A DNA stretch of 64,000 nt from Pelagibacteraceae bacterium (lineage in GTDB: Bacteria > Pseudomonadota > Alphaproteobacteria > Pelagibacterales > AG-422-B15), in contig JAYNZW010000002.1 in NCBI GenBank assembly GCA_038103905.1, forward strand, positions 10,293 to 74,292, in the 5' to 3' direction. The position numbers were made by a program, and so were the translations under genes. Under the pieces are notes generated by a model. That model had not been told where the DNA came from. It worked only from the letters and a program-made list of their open reading frames with translations, and ran no database searches. This document shows, in pieces, positions 53,477 to 64,000 of this stretch. The first letter of the stretch is position 1; each line of letters begins with the position of its first letter.

Positions 53477-54025
53477 ATGGCTTTTCTTAAAAAATTATTT
53501 TTTCTCATCTCCTTTCTTCTGTGGCCCCAATTTGGATTCACAGAAGGAGATGGTCTTCCTCAGATGGATATTACAACTTTTCCATCTCAAGTATTTTGGC
53601 TCATTATAACTTTTGGGATCCTCTACTTATTTATGTGGAGAACTGCTATTCCAAAACTAAGAAATACAATTGAAGAAAGACAAGACAAAATACTCATTGA
53701 CATTAATGAAGCTGAAAAAGTTAAGTCAGAGGCTGAAGAAACTCTAAAAGAATACGAAGAAAAAATGCAATCAGCATCAAAACAAGCTAGTGATATAATT
53801 AGCCAAGCGAAAAATAAATCTGATGCAATGATTGATGAGATCAAGAAAAACCAAGAACTTAAGCTCTCAAAAATGCTTAATGACTCTAAAGATAGAATTA
53901 GTAAGCAATATGAAGAATCTAGACAACAAATTGAAAATGCTAAGATTGAGTCTATTAAACTTATCAGTTCAAAATTCCTCAATGATCTTCCAAGTGATGA
54001 AGATATAATGAAAGAGATAAATTAG
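53477..54025 (+). CDS. F0F1 ATP synthase subunit b'
   Basis: A single N-terminal TM plus a long charged helix. It is the first of two b-type paralogs, as in alphaproteobacteria. Confidence 0.8.
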   Translation: MAFLKKLFFLISFLLWPQFGFTEGDGLPQMDITTFPSQVFWLIITFGILYLFMWRTAIPKLRNTIEERQDKILIDINEAEKVKSEAEETLKEYEEKMQSASKQASDIISQAKNKSDAMIDEIKKNQELKLSKMLNDSKDRISKQYEESRQQIENAKIESIKLISSKFLNDLPSDEDIMKEIN

Positions 54026-54033
54026 GACAAATT

Positions 54034-54525
54034 ATGGAATTCTTTTATCAACCAGCATCTTGGGTATTTATCGCATTTCTTATTTTTGTATCTATCGCTG
54101 TATACCTAAAGGTTCCAAATATGGTTACCAAGCTATTAGACGAACAGATAAATAAAATAAAAAATGATTTAGATGATGCGAGAAAATTAAAGGAAGATGC
54201 TAACTCCCTACTAGCAGAATACGAAAGAAAAATTGAATCTGCTAACAAAGAAGCTGAAAATATAATAAATCAAGCTCAAAAGAATGCAGAAATTTATGAA
54301 GAGAGTTCAAATCGAAAAATTGAGGAGTTTATTTCAAGAAGTGAAAAAAATTCAATTGAAAAGATTCAGCAAGCTGAAAAAAGTGCTATTTACAAGATCA
54401 ATGAAGAAATTGTAAATAAATCGATTGAAGCTTCCGAAAAGATAATTTCTAAAAATTTGAATGATCAGAATAATAAACAATTATTTGAAAGTTCAATAAA
54501 TCAAATTAAAAAACTTCAAGATTAA
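54034..54525 (+). CDS. atpF: F0F1 ATP synthase subunit b
   Basis: A single N-terminal TM plus a long charged helix, following b'. Confidence 0.8.
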   Translation: MEFFYQPASWVFIAFLIFVSIAVYLKVPNMVTKLLDEQINKIKNDLDDARKLKEDANSLLAEYERKIESANKEAENIINQAQKNAEIYEESSNRKIEEFISRSEKNSIEKIQQAEKSAIYKINEEIVNKSIEASEKIISKNLNDQNNKQLFESSINQIKKLQD

Positions 54526-54588
54526 GTAAATATTTTAACAATTTAATAAAATTATTTTATCTTTGTCATTCTAAGCTATAAATAGAAT

Positions 54589-55551
54589 ATGGCTGTATAC
54601 ACAAATATTACATTAGATGAATTAAATGAATTTTTGAAATTTTATTCTATCGGCAAAGCCGATGAACTAATTGGAATTAAATCCGGAATAGAAAATACTA
54701 ATTATTTGGTTAAAATTAATAATCAAAAATATATTTTAACTCTCTTTGAGAAGCGCACCCATCAAGAAGATTTGCCATTCTTTTTTGAATTAATGAACCA
54801 TTTAAATTCTAGTGGTATCAAATGCCCTCAAGTGATTAAATCAAAAGATAATGAGTATTTTAAATTATTAAAAGATAAACCAGCTTCTTTTACATCTTTT
54901 ATTAGTGGTGAAACCCTTAGCCGCATTGAGCCAAATCATTGTTCAGAATTGGGGAAGGCTATGGCGTTATTTCATAATGCTTCAAGTAGTCTAAAAATCA
55001 GTAGAGATAATCAAATGGGTTTCAAAAATTTTGATACTTTAATTGAAAAATTAGAAATTAAATCTTTTAATTCTGAAGATATTCCAATCAAGCTAATAAA
55101 AGATGAGTATAGATTCTTAAATGAAAATATATCCTTCAATTTACCTAAAGGCATAATTCATGCAGATTTATTCCCCGATAATGTTTTTTTTGAAAATCAC
55201 TGCTTATCTGGAATAATCGATTTTTATTTTTCTTGTAATGACTATTATGCTTATGAAATTGCTATTTGTATTAATGCCTGGTGTTTTGAGGAAAATAGTA
55301 ATGAGTTTAATATCTCTAAAGCAAGAAAACTTCTTTCCAGCTATAATCAAATAAGGAAACTCACTGAGGAAGAGATTAATAGTTTGCCATTATTTTCTAG
55401 GGTCGCAGCCTTAAGATTTCTATTGACTAGATTGATAGACTATTATCGAGAGACTAATGACTCACTTCTCATAAAAAAAGATCCATCAGAATATTTAAAA
55501 AAACTTAACTTTCATCAATCTGTTTCTAAGTCAAGTGAATATGGATTATGA
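54589..55551 (+). CDS. thrB: Homoserine kinase, type II (protein-kinase/APH fold)
   Basis: N-terminus MAVYTNITLDELNEFLKFYSIG and the catalytic IIHADLFPDNVFF motif, typical of ThrB2. Confidence 0.85.
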   Translation: MAVYTNITLDELNEFLKFYSIGKADELIGIKSGIENTNYLVKINNQKYILTLFEKRTHQEDLPFFFELMNHLNSSGIKCPQVIKSKDNEYFKLLKDKPASFTSFISGETLSRIEPNHCSELGKAMALFHNASSSLKISRDNQMGFKNFDTLIEKLEIKSFNSEDIPIKLIKDEYRFLNENISFNLPKGIIHADLFPDNVFFENHCLSGIIDFYFSCNDYYAYEIAICINAWCFEENSNEFNISKARKLLSSYNQIRKLTEEEINSLPLFSRVAALRFLLTRLIDYYRETNDSLLIKKDPSEYLKKLNFHQSVSKSSEYGL

Positions 55552-55976
55552 CAATTAAAATTTATACAGATGGAGCTTGTTCAGGGAATCCAGGAAATGG
55601 GGGTTGGGGAGCTTTAATTCAAGAAAATGAAAATGAAATAAAAATAAATGGAGGTGAGCTGAATACTACTAATAATAGAATGGAGCTGACAGCGGTAATA
55701 AAAGCGCTTGAATTATTTGAAAGATCGGTAGAAATAGAAATATATACTGATTCAAAATACGTCATGCAAGGCATCACTGAGTGGATTAAAAATTGGAAAA
55801 TAAATCAATGGAAAACATCACAAAAACAAGATGTGAAAAATAAAGATCTTTGGATCTTATTAGATAAGGCTTCAGAAAAGCATAAAATCGAATGGATTTG
55901 GGTAAAAGGTCATGCCGGTAACTATGGAAATGAAATGGCAGATAAACTTGCAACACAGGCGATAATTAAAAGTTAA
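55548..55976 (+). CDS. rnhA: Ribonuclease HI
   Basis: IYTDGACSGNPGNGGWG, TNNRMEL, TDSKYV and VKGHAGNYGNEMADKLA. Confidence 0.94.
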   Translation: MTIKIYTDGACSGNPGNGGWGALIQENENEIKINGGELNTTNNRMELTAVIKALELFERSVEIEIYTDSKYVMQGITEWIKNWKINQWKTSQKQDVKNKDLWILLDKASEKHKIEWIWVKGHAGNYGNEMADKLATQAIIKS

Positions 55977-56458
55977 ATACTATCAATCATATTTAAGGCG
56001 CCGCTAAGTAATGCTTGTCCTGATTCTTGCTCTATAAAAAGTTCCTTAATTACTGAGTCAACTAAATACATAGAGAGCCTTTGTGTTTTTATTGAAGTTC
56101 CAAAAGGATCACTAAAATCTGTTCCTAAAGCTTTTGCAAACTCTGCTTTTGAGTCAGATAATACTAGAACCTTATCCTCAGCACCCAAACTCTTTATCCA
56201 AGCTGTATTTACAAATATATCATTTGTACTAAAGCATAATATTTCATCGATGCCTTTTGATTTTATAGCACTATAGTTATCTAAATATCCTGGAAGATGA
56301 TTTCGATGGCAGGTAGGAGTAAATGCTCCAGGCACACCTATTAAAACTACTTTCTTTCCTTTGCAATACTCTCTCAAAGAAAGAGCTTGAGGCCCATCCT
56401 TTTCATTCATTATAACAAGGTTTTCTTCGGGTATTTGATCACCTACTTTTATACTCAT
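55973..56458 (-). CDS. Peroxiredoxin, Prx5/type-II subfamily
   Basis: Active site GVPGAFTPTC; 161 aa. Confidence 0.87.
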   Translation of the reverse strand: MSIKVGDQIPEENLVIMNEKDGPQALSLREYCKGKKVVLIGVPGAFTPTCHRNHLPGYLDNYSAIKSKGIDEILCFSTNDIFVNTAWIKSLGAEDKVLVLSDSKAEFAKALGTDFSDPFGTSIKTQRLSMYLVDSVIKELFIEQESGQALLSGALNMIDSI

Positions 56459-56483
56459 AATCAGATCTTCCTTTTTTTTATTT

Positions 56484-56512
56484 TATAATATCCAATGATT
56501 TCAAGGTGTAAA
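56484..56512 (-). promoter_or_regulatory. Candidate sigma-70 promoter for the peroxiredoxin gene
   Basis: On the minus strand: TTTACA (56512-56507), a 17-nt spacer, then ATTATA (56489-56484). An AAGGAAG Shine-Dalgarno sits about 8 nt before the ATG at 56458. Confidence 0.3.
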
Positions 56513-56516
56513 GTTA

Positions 56517-57098
56517 TTAGTCTTCAGCGTCCAGACATGAGAAGATTAAATGATCCTGCCATTTGCCATTAATCTTAAGATACTTTCTAGCCGTCCCTTC
56601 GAAATGAAAGTTATTTTTCTTTAGAACATTTAAGGATGGCACATTTGATTCTAAACATGCAGCCTCAATACGATGCAAGTCAAGTTCATTAAAAATAAAA
56701 TTTTTAATAACCAAAATCGACTCTGACATAAATCCAAGACCAATTCTATCTTTTGCAATCCAATATCCAATAGAACAGCTTTGTAAAACTCCCCTTTGAA
56801 CATTATTTATGTTTAATTCACCAATCAAATCATTAGTTTTTTTATCAAAAATAAGAAAGGGATATGCCTCATCATTAATAATCAACTTTTCATAAACCTT
56901 AACTCTTCTTAAGAAAGAATTTCTCTCAAGGTCATTAAGAGGCCAAGTAGGTTCCCAAGGTTTTAGATGAGCCATATTTTTTCTTCTAGTGTTCGACCAT
57001 TCTTCCCAATCTCTATATTCCGGAGACCTTAAATATACTCTTTCACCATCAAGAAGTTTCGGTATTTTCTTTGAGGGATATGAAGATAAGAATGACAT
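56517..57098 (-). CDS. GNAT N-acetyltransferase, RimJ/RimL-like
   Basis: RimJ-like architecture (RSPEYRDWEEW...SIGYWIAKDRIGLGFMSE...HRIEAACLESNVPSLNVLKKNNF). The start is moved to the ATG at 57098 (MSFLSSYP), which removes the overlap with the thrC 3' end. The track start is 57143. Confidence 0.8.
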   Translation of the reverse strand: MSFLSSYPSKKIPKLLDGERVYLRSPEYRDWEEWSNTRRKNMAHLKPWEPTWPLNDLERNSFLRRVKVYEKLIINDEAYPFLIFDKKTNDLIGELNINNVQRGVLQSCSIGYWIAKDRIGLGFMSESILVIKNFIFNELDLHRIEAACLESNVPSLNVLKKNNFHFEGTARKYLKINGKWQDHLIFSCLDAED

Positions 57099-57102
57099 GT
57101 GA

Positions 57103-58476
57103 TTAATTTTTAGATTCAATTTTAAGTTTAACTTCATCAACACTGTTGTTCAAGCTATCAAATTTTTCGATGGCCTCAAATAAGTCTTCATAACCACTCA
57201 ATAAATTAGTTTTCTTTTGAATAGAGCTTTCTACTGTATCAAGAAATTTAACTGGGTGAGCTGTTCCTAAAATTAAATTATTATTGATAGATTTATTTTG
57301 TCTTGATGCGTGAATACCAATTGCAGTATGAGGATCAACTAAATAATCATCTTTTTCGAAAGTTTCTCTAATTACATTTGATACACTTTCCATATTAACT
57401 TTTGCAGAAGAAAAATATTTTTGGCAAATTTCAAGATATTCAGAAGTAATACGGATATAACCATTTTTTTTAAAGTTCATCATTTTTTCACTTATCTCCG
57501 AACTTGAACGATTAAGAGCATCAAATAAAAATCTCTCAAAGTTACTTGCAACTTGAATATCCATACTAGGACTTGAAGTTTTTATAACTTTACGAGTAGC
57601 ATATTCACCTGTTTTAAAAAATCGATCTAAGATATCATTTTCATTTGTAGCCACAATTAAACGATTAATATTTAAACCCATTTTTTTAGCAATATATCCT
57701 GCATAAACATCTCCAAAATTACCTGTTGGTACAGAAAAATTATACTCACTCTCAAAATTATCTAATCTCAATGCTGAAAAAAAATAATAGACAACTTGAA
57801 TCATAACTCGTGCCCAATTTATAGAGTTAACAGCTGATATATTATGTTTACCCCTAAAATCTTTATCTGCTAAAATCTCTTTGACTATACTTTGGCAGTC
57901 ATCAAAGGTTCCATCTATCTCGCATAAATTAATTCTTTCACTATTGACAGTAGACATTTGTCTTCTTTGAAATTCAGAAACTCTACCCTTTGGGTAAAGA
58001 CAAAATATATTTAAACACTTACTTTTATTGACTGCATGAATTGCTGCAGATCCAGTATCACCTGAAGTAGCAACAATTAAATTCATTTGTTTACTCTCTT
58101 TATTAAGGAAGTGATCAAAGATAGGTATTAATAATTGCATTGCGAAATCTTTAAATGCCAATGTCGGTCCATTAAATAACTCTACAATTATTTCTCCTTG
58201 GGATATTTTTTTGAAGGTAACAGGATCTGGAGAAGAAAAATCACTATAGGCATTTTTTATAATATTCTGAAGATCATCATCTTTTATTTCTGACCCAATA
58301 AATGGCTTTACTATTTTTGCCGTAAGATCCTCATAACTTAAGTCAGACTTAAAATCATTTGTATTAATTTGTGGCCACTCGCTTGGTACAAATAAGCCTC
58401 CATCTTGAGCGAGACCTTTCATAAGAGCATCTTGAAATGACCCTACCCTTGATCCTCTTGTGCTTATGTATTCCAT
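57103..58476 (-). CDS. thrC: Threonine synthase
   Basis: PLP-lysine motif GPTLAFKDFAMQ, ATSGDTGSAA; 457 aa. Confidence 0.94.
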   Translation of the reverse strand: MEYISTRGSRVGSFQDALMKGLAQDGGLFVPSEWPQINTNDFKSDLSYEDLTAKIVKPFIGSEIKDDDLQNIIKNAYSDFSSPDPVTFKKISQGEIIVELFNGPTLAFKDFAMQLLIPIFDHFLNKESKQMNLIVATSGDTGSAAIHAVNKSKCLNIFCLYPKGRVSEFQRRQMSTVNSERINLCEIDGTFDDCQSIVKEILADKDFRGKHNISAVNSINWARVMIQVVYYFFSALRLDNFESEYNFSVPTGNFGDVYAGYIAKKMGLNINRLIVATNENDILDRFFKTGEYATRKVIKTSSPSMDIQVASNFERFLFDALNRSSSEISEKMMNFKKNGYIRITSEYLEICQKYFSSAKVNMESVSNVIRETFEKDDYLVDPHTAIGIHASRQNKSINNNLILGTAHPVKFLDTVESSIQKKTNLLSGYEDLFEAIEKFDSLNNSVDEVKLKIESKN

Positions 58477-59216
58477 TTTCCCCTAATTATTTGATATAAT
58501 TGATAAAAATACAGAGTTGCAATCACTAAAAAAAGCAAAAACCATGTTCCAGCATATTGTAAATGATTATTTGGTATTTGAGTAGGATTAAACTCAATTA
58601 AGGTTTGGTCAAAAAAATTTTGATCAATTATTTTTAAAATAAAAAAACTTCCATTTAAGTTATAGAATTTATTCATTTCAGAAGAACTCATTGTATACCA
58701 TATATTTTTATTATAATCATTATCTGGGGAGAATAAATTTTTCTCCTTAGAAGAGATTAAAATTCCATTTAAAGTAAAATAATTATTATAATCTAAATCG
58801 ATGTAATTAATATTCTCTTTATGCTTAAAAGATATCCATCCTAAATCTACATAAATTATATTATCATCAACGGTCTTAAATGCATTTAAAACATTATATC
58901 CAGATTGGCCACTTAAGTTAGGCCTAAAAAAAAATGTCTGAGTATTTTTTACAAACTTTCCTTCAACAGACGCATTTCTAAACTCATAATCTTTTTTAGT
59001 TTCATTGTGAGGAAAATTAATATTTTCAGCTGATTGTCGGCTATTAATGTTTTCTAATAATTCAGTTTTCCACTCTAATCTATCTAGTTGCCAAAAACCT
59101 AAATTAGGCAAAACAATCAAAGCAGAAAGAAAAAGTAAGTGGAATAGAATGTTTCTTATCAATTTAAAATTTAATAATAGCCCCAAACATATATTGCAGC
59201 AAATAAGAACAACCAA
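58464..59216 (-). CDS. SURF1 family cytochrome oxidase biogenesis protein
   Basis: GFWQLDRLEWK motif and a C-terminal YAGTWF-type TM segment. The ATG at 59216 overlaps ctaE by 46 nt, whereas an in-frame TTG at 59162 would avoid the overlap. Confidence 0.8.
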   Translation of the reverse strand: MVVLICCNICLGLLLNFKLIRNILFHLLFLSALIVLPNLGFWQLDRLEWKTELLENINSRQSAENINFPHNETKKDYEFRNASVEGKFVKNTQTFFFRPNLSGQSGYNVLNAFKTVDDNIIYVDLGWISFKHKENINYIDLDYNNYFTLNGILISSKEKNLFSPDNDYNKNIWYTMSSSEMNKFYNLNGSFFILKIIDQNFFDQTLIEFNPTQIPNNHLQYAGTWFLLFLVIATLYFYQLYQIIRGKWNT

Positions 59217-59968
59217 ACAACATCAACGAAATGCCAATACCATGCACACGCCTCAAATCCAAAGTGATGATCTGATTTAAAATGTCCTGCAAGCATTCTT
59301 CCAAGACATACAACTATAAAAAGTGTTCCTATTATTACATGTGCGCCATGAAACCCTGTAGCCATATAAAATGTAGCTCCATAGATATGTCCTGAAAAAT
59401 CAAATTCAGCATGCTGATACTCATAGACTTGAAAGCCTGTAAAAACTACGCCTAATAAGATTGTAAGAATCAATCCCTGAATAACCTCTTTTCTGTGACC
59501 TTCCTGAAGAGCGTGATGAGCCCATGTGAGCGTTGTTCCAGATAATAATAAAATAAGTGTATTGATAAGTGGAATATGCCAAGGATCCATCAAATGAATG
59601 TCTGCAGGTGGCCAAGCAGATCCAATTTGTTCAGTAGGAAATAATGAAGCATTGAAATAAGCCCAAAACCAGGCAACAAAAAACATCACTTCAGAAGCAA
59701 TAAACAATGTCATTCCATATCTTAAGCCAAGCTGAACAACTTCAGAATGATGACCATCATGCTCACCCTCTCTAATAATATCTCTAAACCACATATATCC
59801 AATATAGATTACTGAAGCTAAGCCAAGTAACATGACCCATGGATTATCTGATCTGAAGTATATTACAGCTCCAAAACACAGTATAAGCGCTCCTATTGAA
59901 GCCAATAAAGGCCATGGACTAGGATCTACTAAATGATATTGATGTGAATTTGTATTTTTTGAACTCAT
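59171..59968 (-). CDS. ctaE: Cytochrome c oxidase subunit III
   Basis: HQYHLVDPSPWPL N-terminus and the WYWHFVDVVWLFLF C-terminal motif. Confidence 0.96.
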   Translation of the reverse strand: MSSKNTNSHQYHLVDPSPWPLLASIGALILCFGAVIYFRSDNPWVMLLGLASVIYIGYMWFRDIIREGEHDGHHSEVVQLGLRYGMTLFIASEVMFFVAWFWAYFNASLFPTEQIGSAWPPADIHLMDPWHIPLINTLILLLSGTTLTWAHHALQEGHRKEVIQGLILTILLGVVFTGFQVYEYQHAEFDFSGHIYGATFYMATGFHGAHVIIGTLFIVVCLGRMLAGHFKSDHHFGFEACAWYWHFVDVVWLFLFAAIYVWGYY

Positions 59969-60522
59969 GAAACTGGTGTATCACCATTTTTATAAAAGGT
60001 ATAGGATAAAGTAACTTCAGATAGATCTTTTAAAAATTGATCATCAATAATATCTGGATCAATGTAAAAACTTACAGGCAGTTTAATTTCCTCCCCAGGC
60101 TCAAGCATAAGATCATGAAAACAAAAGCACTCTATTTTTGTAAAATATTGACCAGCTTGTTCAGGGGTAACATTAAATAATGCTGTACCCACTTGCTTTT
60201 CATTAGATAAATTTTTAGCAAAGTAATTGATAACTTTATTTTCTCCAATTTTAATCTTATATACATTTTTTTCAGGTGAAAAATCCCATCTAAGGTTTGT
60301 AACGTTTGCATCTAATCTAATGTTTATATTTTGATTTATAGAATACTCACTCTTCTCAAGACTAATTGCTGGAGTTCCGCCAAAGCCAGTAACTCTGCAA
60401 AACAAGTCGTATAATGGAACCGATGCATAAGCTAGGCCTAACATTAAAAAAACGATTGTCACAAGCATTATAACAATTCGATTATTGCTATATTTAATAT
60501 CTGTTGGTCTAAAATTTTTCAT
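59965..60522 (-). CDS. ctaG: Cytochrome c oxidase assembly protein CtaG/Cox11
   Basis: One TM segment plus the copper-binding CFCF motif (KIECFCFHD). Confidence 0.93.
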   Translation of the reverse strand: MKNFRPTDIKYSNNRIVIMLVTIVFLMLGLAYASVPLYDLFCRVTGFGGTPAISLEKSEYSINQNINIRLDANVTNLRWDFSPEKNVYKIKIGENKVINYFAKNLSNEKQVGTALFNVTPEQAGQYFTKIECFCFHDLMLEPGEEIKLPVSFYIDPDIIDDQFLKDLSEVTLSYTFYKNGDTPVS

Positions 60523-60528
60523 AAATAA

Positions 60529-60639
60529 CTAACCCACTAGAGAAAGTTTATACATAGTATAAAAAAAGAATGCCAAGACAAAACCAGCAAGAATAAGTGC
60601 CGTAATAAGATTTTTTCTTTTTATTTTTTTATTCTGCAT
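60529..60639 (-). CDS. Small single-TM protein (36 aa) between ctaB and ctaG (CoxF-like position)
   Basis: Below the track cutoff. My translation: MQNKKIKRKNLITALILAGFVLAFFFYTMYKLSLVG*. It has a basic N-terminus and one hydrophobic helix. It fills the ctaB-ctaG gap exactly, 2 nt after the ctaB stop and 6 nt before the ctaG start. Confidence 0.45.
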   Translation of the reverse strand: MQNKKIKRKNLITALILAGFVLAFFFYTMYKLSLVG

Positions 60640-60641
60640 AT

Positions 60642-61562
60642 TTACCAAATTGAATTATCTATAAGAATTATTGAAAAAATATTGAATAAATAAAATATTG
60701 AAAAGAAAAATAAATTTTGAGCTTTTTTTTCAAAATTCGGTTTATCAATATTCGATCTCAAAGTCATAGAGAGATATACAAATATCGAACTTAAAATAAA
60801 AATTGAAATAGAATAAAAAAATGAATAATAAAGTGAAAGAGACATTACTACTGGCAAAAGAATAAATGAATATGCGATAATCATATTTACAGTTCTTTTC
60901 TTGCCGACAATTAGTGGCATCATTGGTATATTTGCCCTCTTGTAATCATCTGATTTATACAGTGCTAAAGCCCAAAAATGAGGTGGCGTCCATACGAATA
61001 TAATTGCAAAAATCAAAAAAATCTCCATCGATAAGGATCCTGCAATAGCTGCCCAACCAATCATTGGCGGAAAAGCTCCGGCTGCACCTCCAATAACAAT
61101 GTTCTGAGAAGTTCTCTTTTTTAGCCATATTGTATAAATAAATATATAAAAGAATATTGTTAGCGCTAAAATTGAAGCAGCTAAAAGATTAGAAAAAAAA
61201 TATAGAGTGCCGACCGAGACAAGAGATAAAAATAATCCAAAGAAAAGAGCATTGTTTGGTTTAATTTTACCTAATGGAAGTACTCTATCTTTAGTTCTTT
61301 CCATAAGTTTATCAAGATCTCTTTCGTACCACATGTTTAAAGCACCAGAAGCTCCTGACCCAAGAGATATTGCAAATAAAATCATTAGTACCTCGTAATT
61401 AAATACAAATCCTGGGGCAATCATTATTCCAACAAATGATGTGAATATTGAGAGAGACATCACTCTAGGCTTGAGAAGAGAAAAATAATTTTTAAAAATT
61501 TTTATCCCAGTAAGCTTTGAATGAACGTTATCGCTCATCAATGTGTTTGTTATATTTGACAC
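60642..61562 (-). CDS. ctaB: Protoheme IX farnesyltransferase (heme O synthase)
   Basis: UbiA-family polytopic protein (NMWYERDLDKLMERTKDRVLP, GGAAGAFPPMIGWAA). GTG start at 61562, with an ATG at codon 9 as an alternative. Confidence 0.93.
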   Translation of the reverse strand: MSNITNTLMSDNVHSKLTGIKIFKNYFSLLKPRVMSLSIFTSFVGIMIAPGFVFNYEVLMILFAISLGSGASGALNMWYERDLDKLMERTKDRVLPLGKIKPNNALFFGLFLSLVSVGTLYFFSNLLAASILALTIFFYIFIYTIWLKKRTSQNIVIGGAAGAFPPMIGWAAIAGSLSMEIFLIFAIIFVWTPPHFWALALYKSDDYKRANIPMMPLIVGKKRTVNMIIAYSFILLPVVMSLSLYYSFFYSISIFILSSIFVYLSMTLRSNIDKPNFEKKAQNLFFFSIFYLFNIFSIILIDNSIW

Positions 61563-61574
61563 ACCTATTCCTTT

Positions 61575-63194
<1,620 letters not shown>

Positions 63195-63200
63195 TTAATA

Positions 63201-64000
63201 CTAATTTGTTGCAACCTGAAAAGTTTTATTAAAATTTGTTTTACTTGATGCGTATTCTTCTTTTGCAAAGTTTAACCAATCATCAAATTCATCTTGCGAA
63301 ACAACTTTAACATTTATAGGCATAAATGCATGTTTAGGTCCACAGAGTTCAGAACACTGTCCATAATAAGTTCCAGTTTTTTCAGCCTTAAACCACGTTT
63401 CATTAAGTCTGCCTGGAACAGCGTCTTTCTTAACTGCAAATGCTGGGATTGTCCAAGCGTGCAATACATCATTTGATGTAATTAATAGTTTTACAACTTT
63501 ATTAACTGGTACAACAATTTGAGTATCTGTTTCTAACAATCTCAAACTTGGATCAGATAGTTCGTCATCTTGAAGCATATTTGCATCGAAAGAAAAGTCA
63601 TCATAATCTGGATACTCATAACTCCAATACCACTGATTGCCTATTGCTTTGATTGTAAGATCAGCTTTTGGGATTGTTTCGGCAGTATAAAGAATCCTAA
63701 ATGATGGAATAGCAATAATTATAAGAAGTATAACTGGTATGACAGTCCACAATACTTCGATCAAAGTATTATGAGTTGTCATAGAAGCCGTATGGTTTCT
63801 ATTGCTGTTATATCTATAGACGATGTAAAGAAGCAAAGCTAAGACCAATATAGATATACCAGTAATTATTGGCATTAAAATATAACTATGAAATGAAATG
63901 ACATCTGACATTAATTCTGTTGCAGGCTCAGAAAAACCAAGTTGCCAATCTTTAGGTAGTGTCTCAGTTGCGTGAGAGTTAGCTAAAAGTAAAATAAGGG
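63201..64000 (-). CDS. ctaC: Cytochrome c oxidase subunit II (N-terminus probably beyond the right edge)
   Basis: CuA site CSELCGPKHAFM. The frame stays open upstream of the track Met (63911) to the window end, reading ...LILLLANSHATETLPKDWQLGFSEPATELMSDV. This looks like the signal peptide plus the conserved mature N-terminus, so the true start is likely outside the window. Confidence 0.93.
   Translation of the reverse strand, partial: LILLLANSHATETLPKDWQLGFSEPATELMSDVISFHSYILMPIITGISILVLALLLYIVYRYNSNRNHTASMTTHNTLIEVLWTVIPVILLIIIAIPSFRILYTAETIPKADLTIKAIGNQWYWSYEYPDYDDFSFDANMLQDDELSDPSLRLLETDTQIVVPVNKVVKLLITSNDVLHAWTIPAFAVKKDAVPGRLNETWFKAEKTGTYYGQCSELCGPKHAFMPINVKVVSQDEFDDWLNFAKEEYASSKTNFNKTFQVATN

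Noticed and set aside
53477-54525. Periodic Lys/Glu-rich sequence in the atpF paralogs, and in smc, as possible DNA tandem repeats
   Set aside because: The periodicity is at the heptad and amino-acid level, from coiled-coil helices. There are no exact nucleotide repeat units.

Overview
This window is strongly AT-rich and almost gap-free, and it reads as core chromosome of a streamlined alphaproteobacterium. By composition, gene packing and synteny it looks like SAR11/Pelagibacterales; that placement is inference, with no database search run. I can support about 73 protein genes and one tRNA (tRNA-Gln UUG). There is no rRNA, CRISPR array, transposase, integrase, phage gene or defence-type cluster.

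Gene content is housekeeping:
- Nucleotide and amino-acid metabolism: carAB, prs, gpt plus a purine permease, thrB, thrC, proC, ilvE and an aspartate aminotransferase.
- DNA replication and repair: dnaG, uvrB, uvrC, a family-4 UDG, rnhA, rnhB, ccrM, mutY, a DciA-like DUF721 protein and smc.
- Respiration: petABC, ETF-QO, the ATP synthase F0 operon atpI-B-E-b'-b, and ctaC-D-B-(small ORF)-G-E-surf1.
- Translation: rplY, pth, ychF, greA, trmL and cca.
- One MarR/OmpR/EnvZ-type regulatory module.

I found no convincing previously undescribed multi-gene system here and consider the window ordinary core genome. What deserves a second look are sequence-level oddities inside conserved genes:
1. pgsA carries an in-frame TGA exactly at the invariant Gly of its catalytic motif.
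2. The DnaG zinc ribbon has lost three of its four Zn ligands.
3. SMC is only 864 aa and has no recognisable hinge domain.
4. Three GANTC (CcrM target) sites sit within 39 bp just upstream of ccrM.
5. The family-4 UDG lacks two of the four Fe-S cysteines.
6. All nine convergent gene junctions are 13 nt or shorter, or overlap, leaving no room for intergenic terminators.

Several ORF-track starts look too long (trmL, atpB, the SDR, the RimJ-like GNAT, ccrM, possibly surf1 and petC). Three genes are missing from the track: partial dnaG and two small ORFs.
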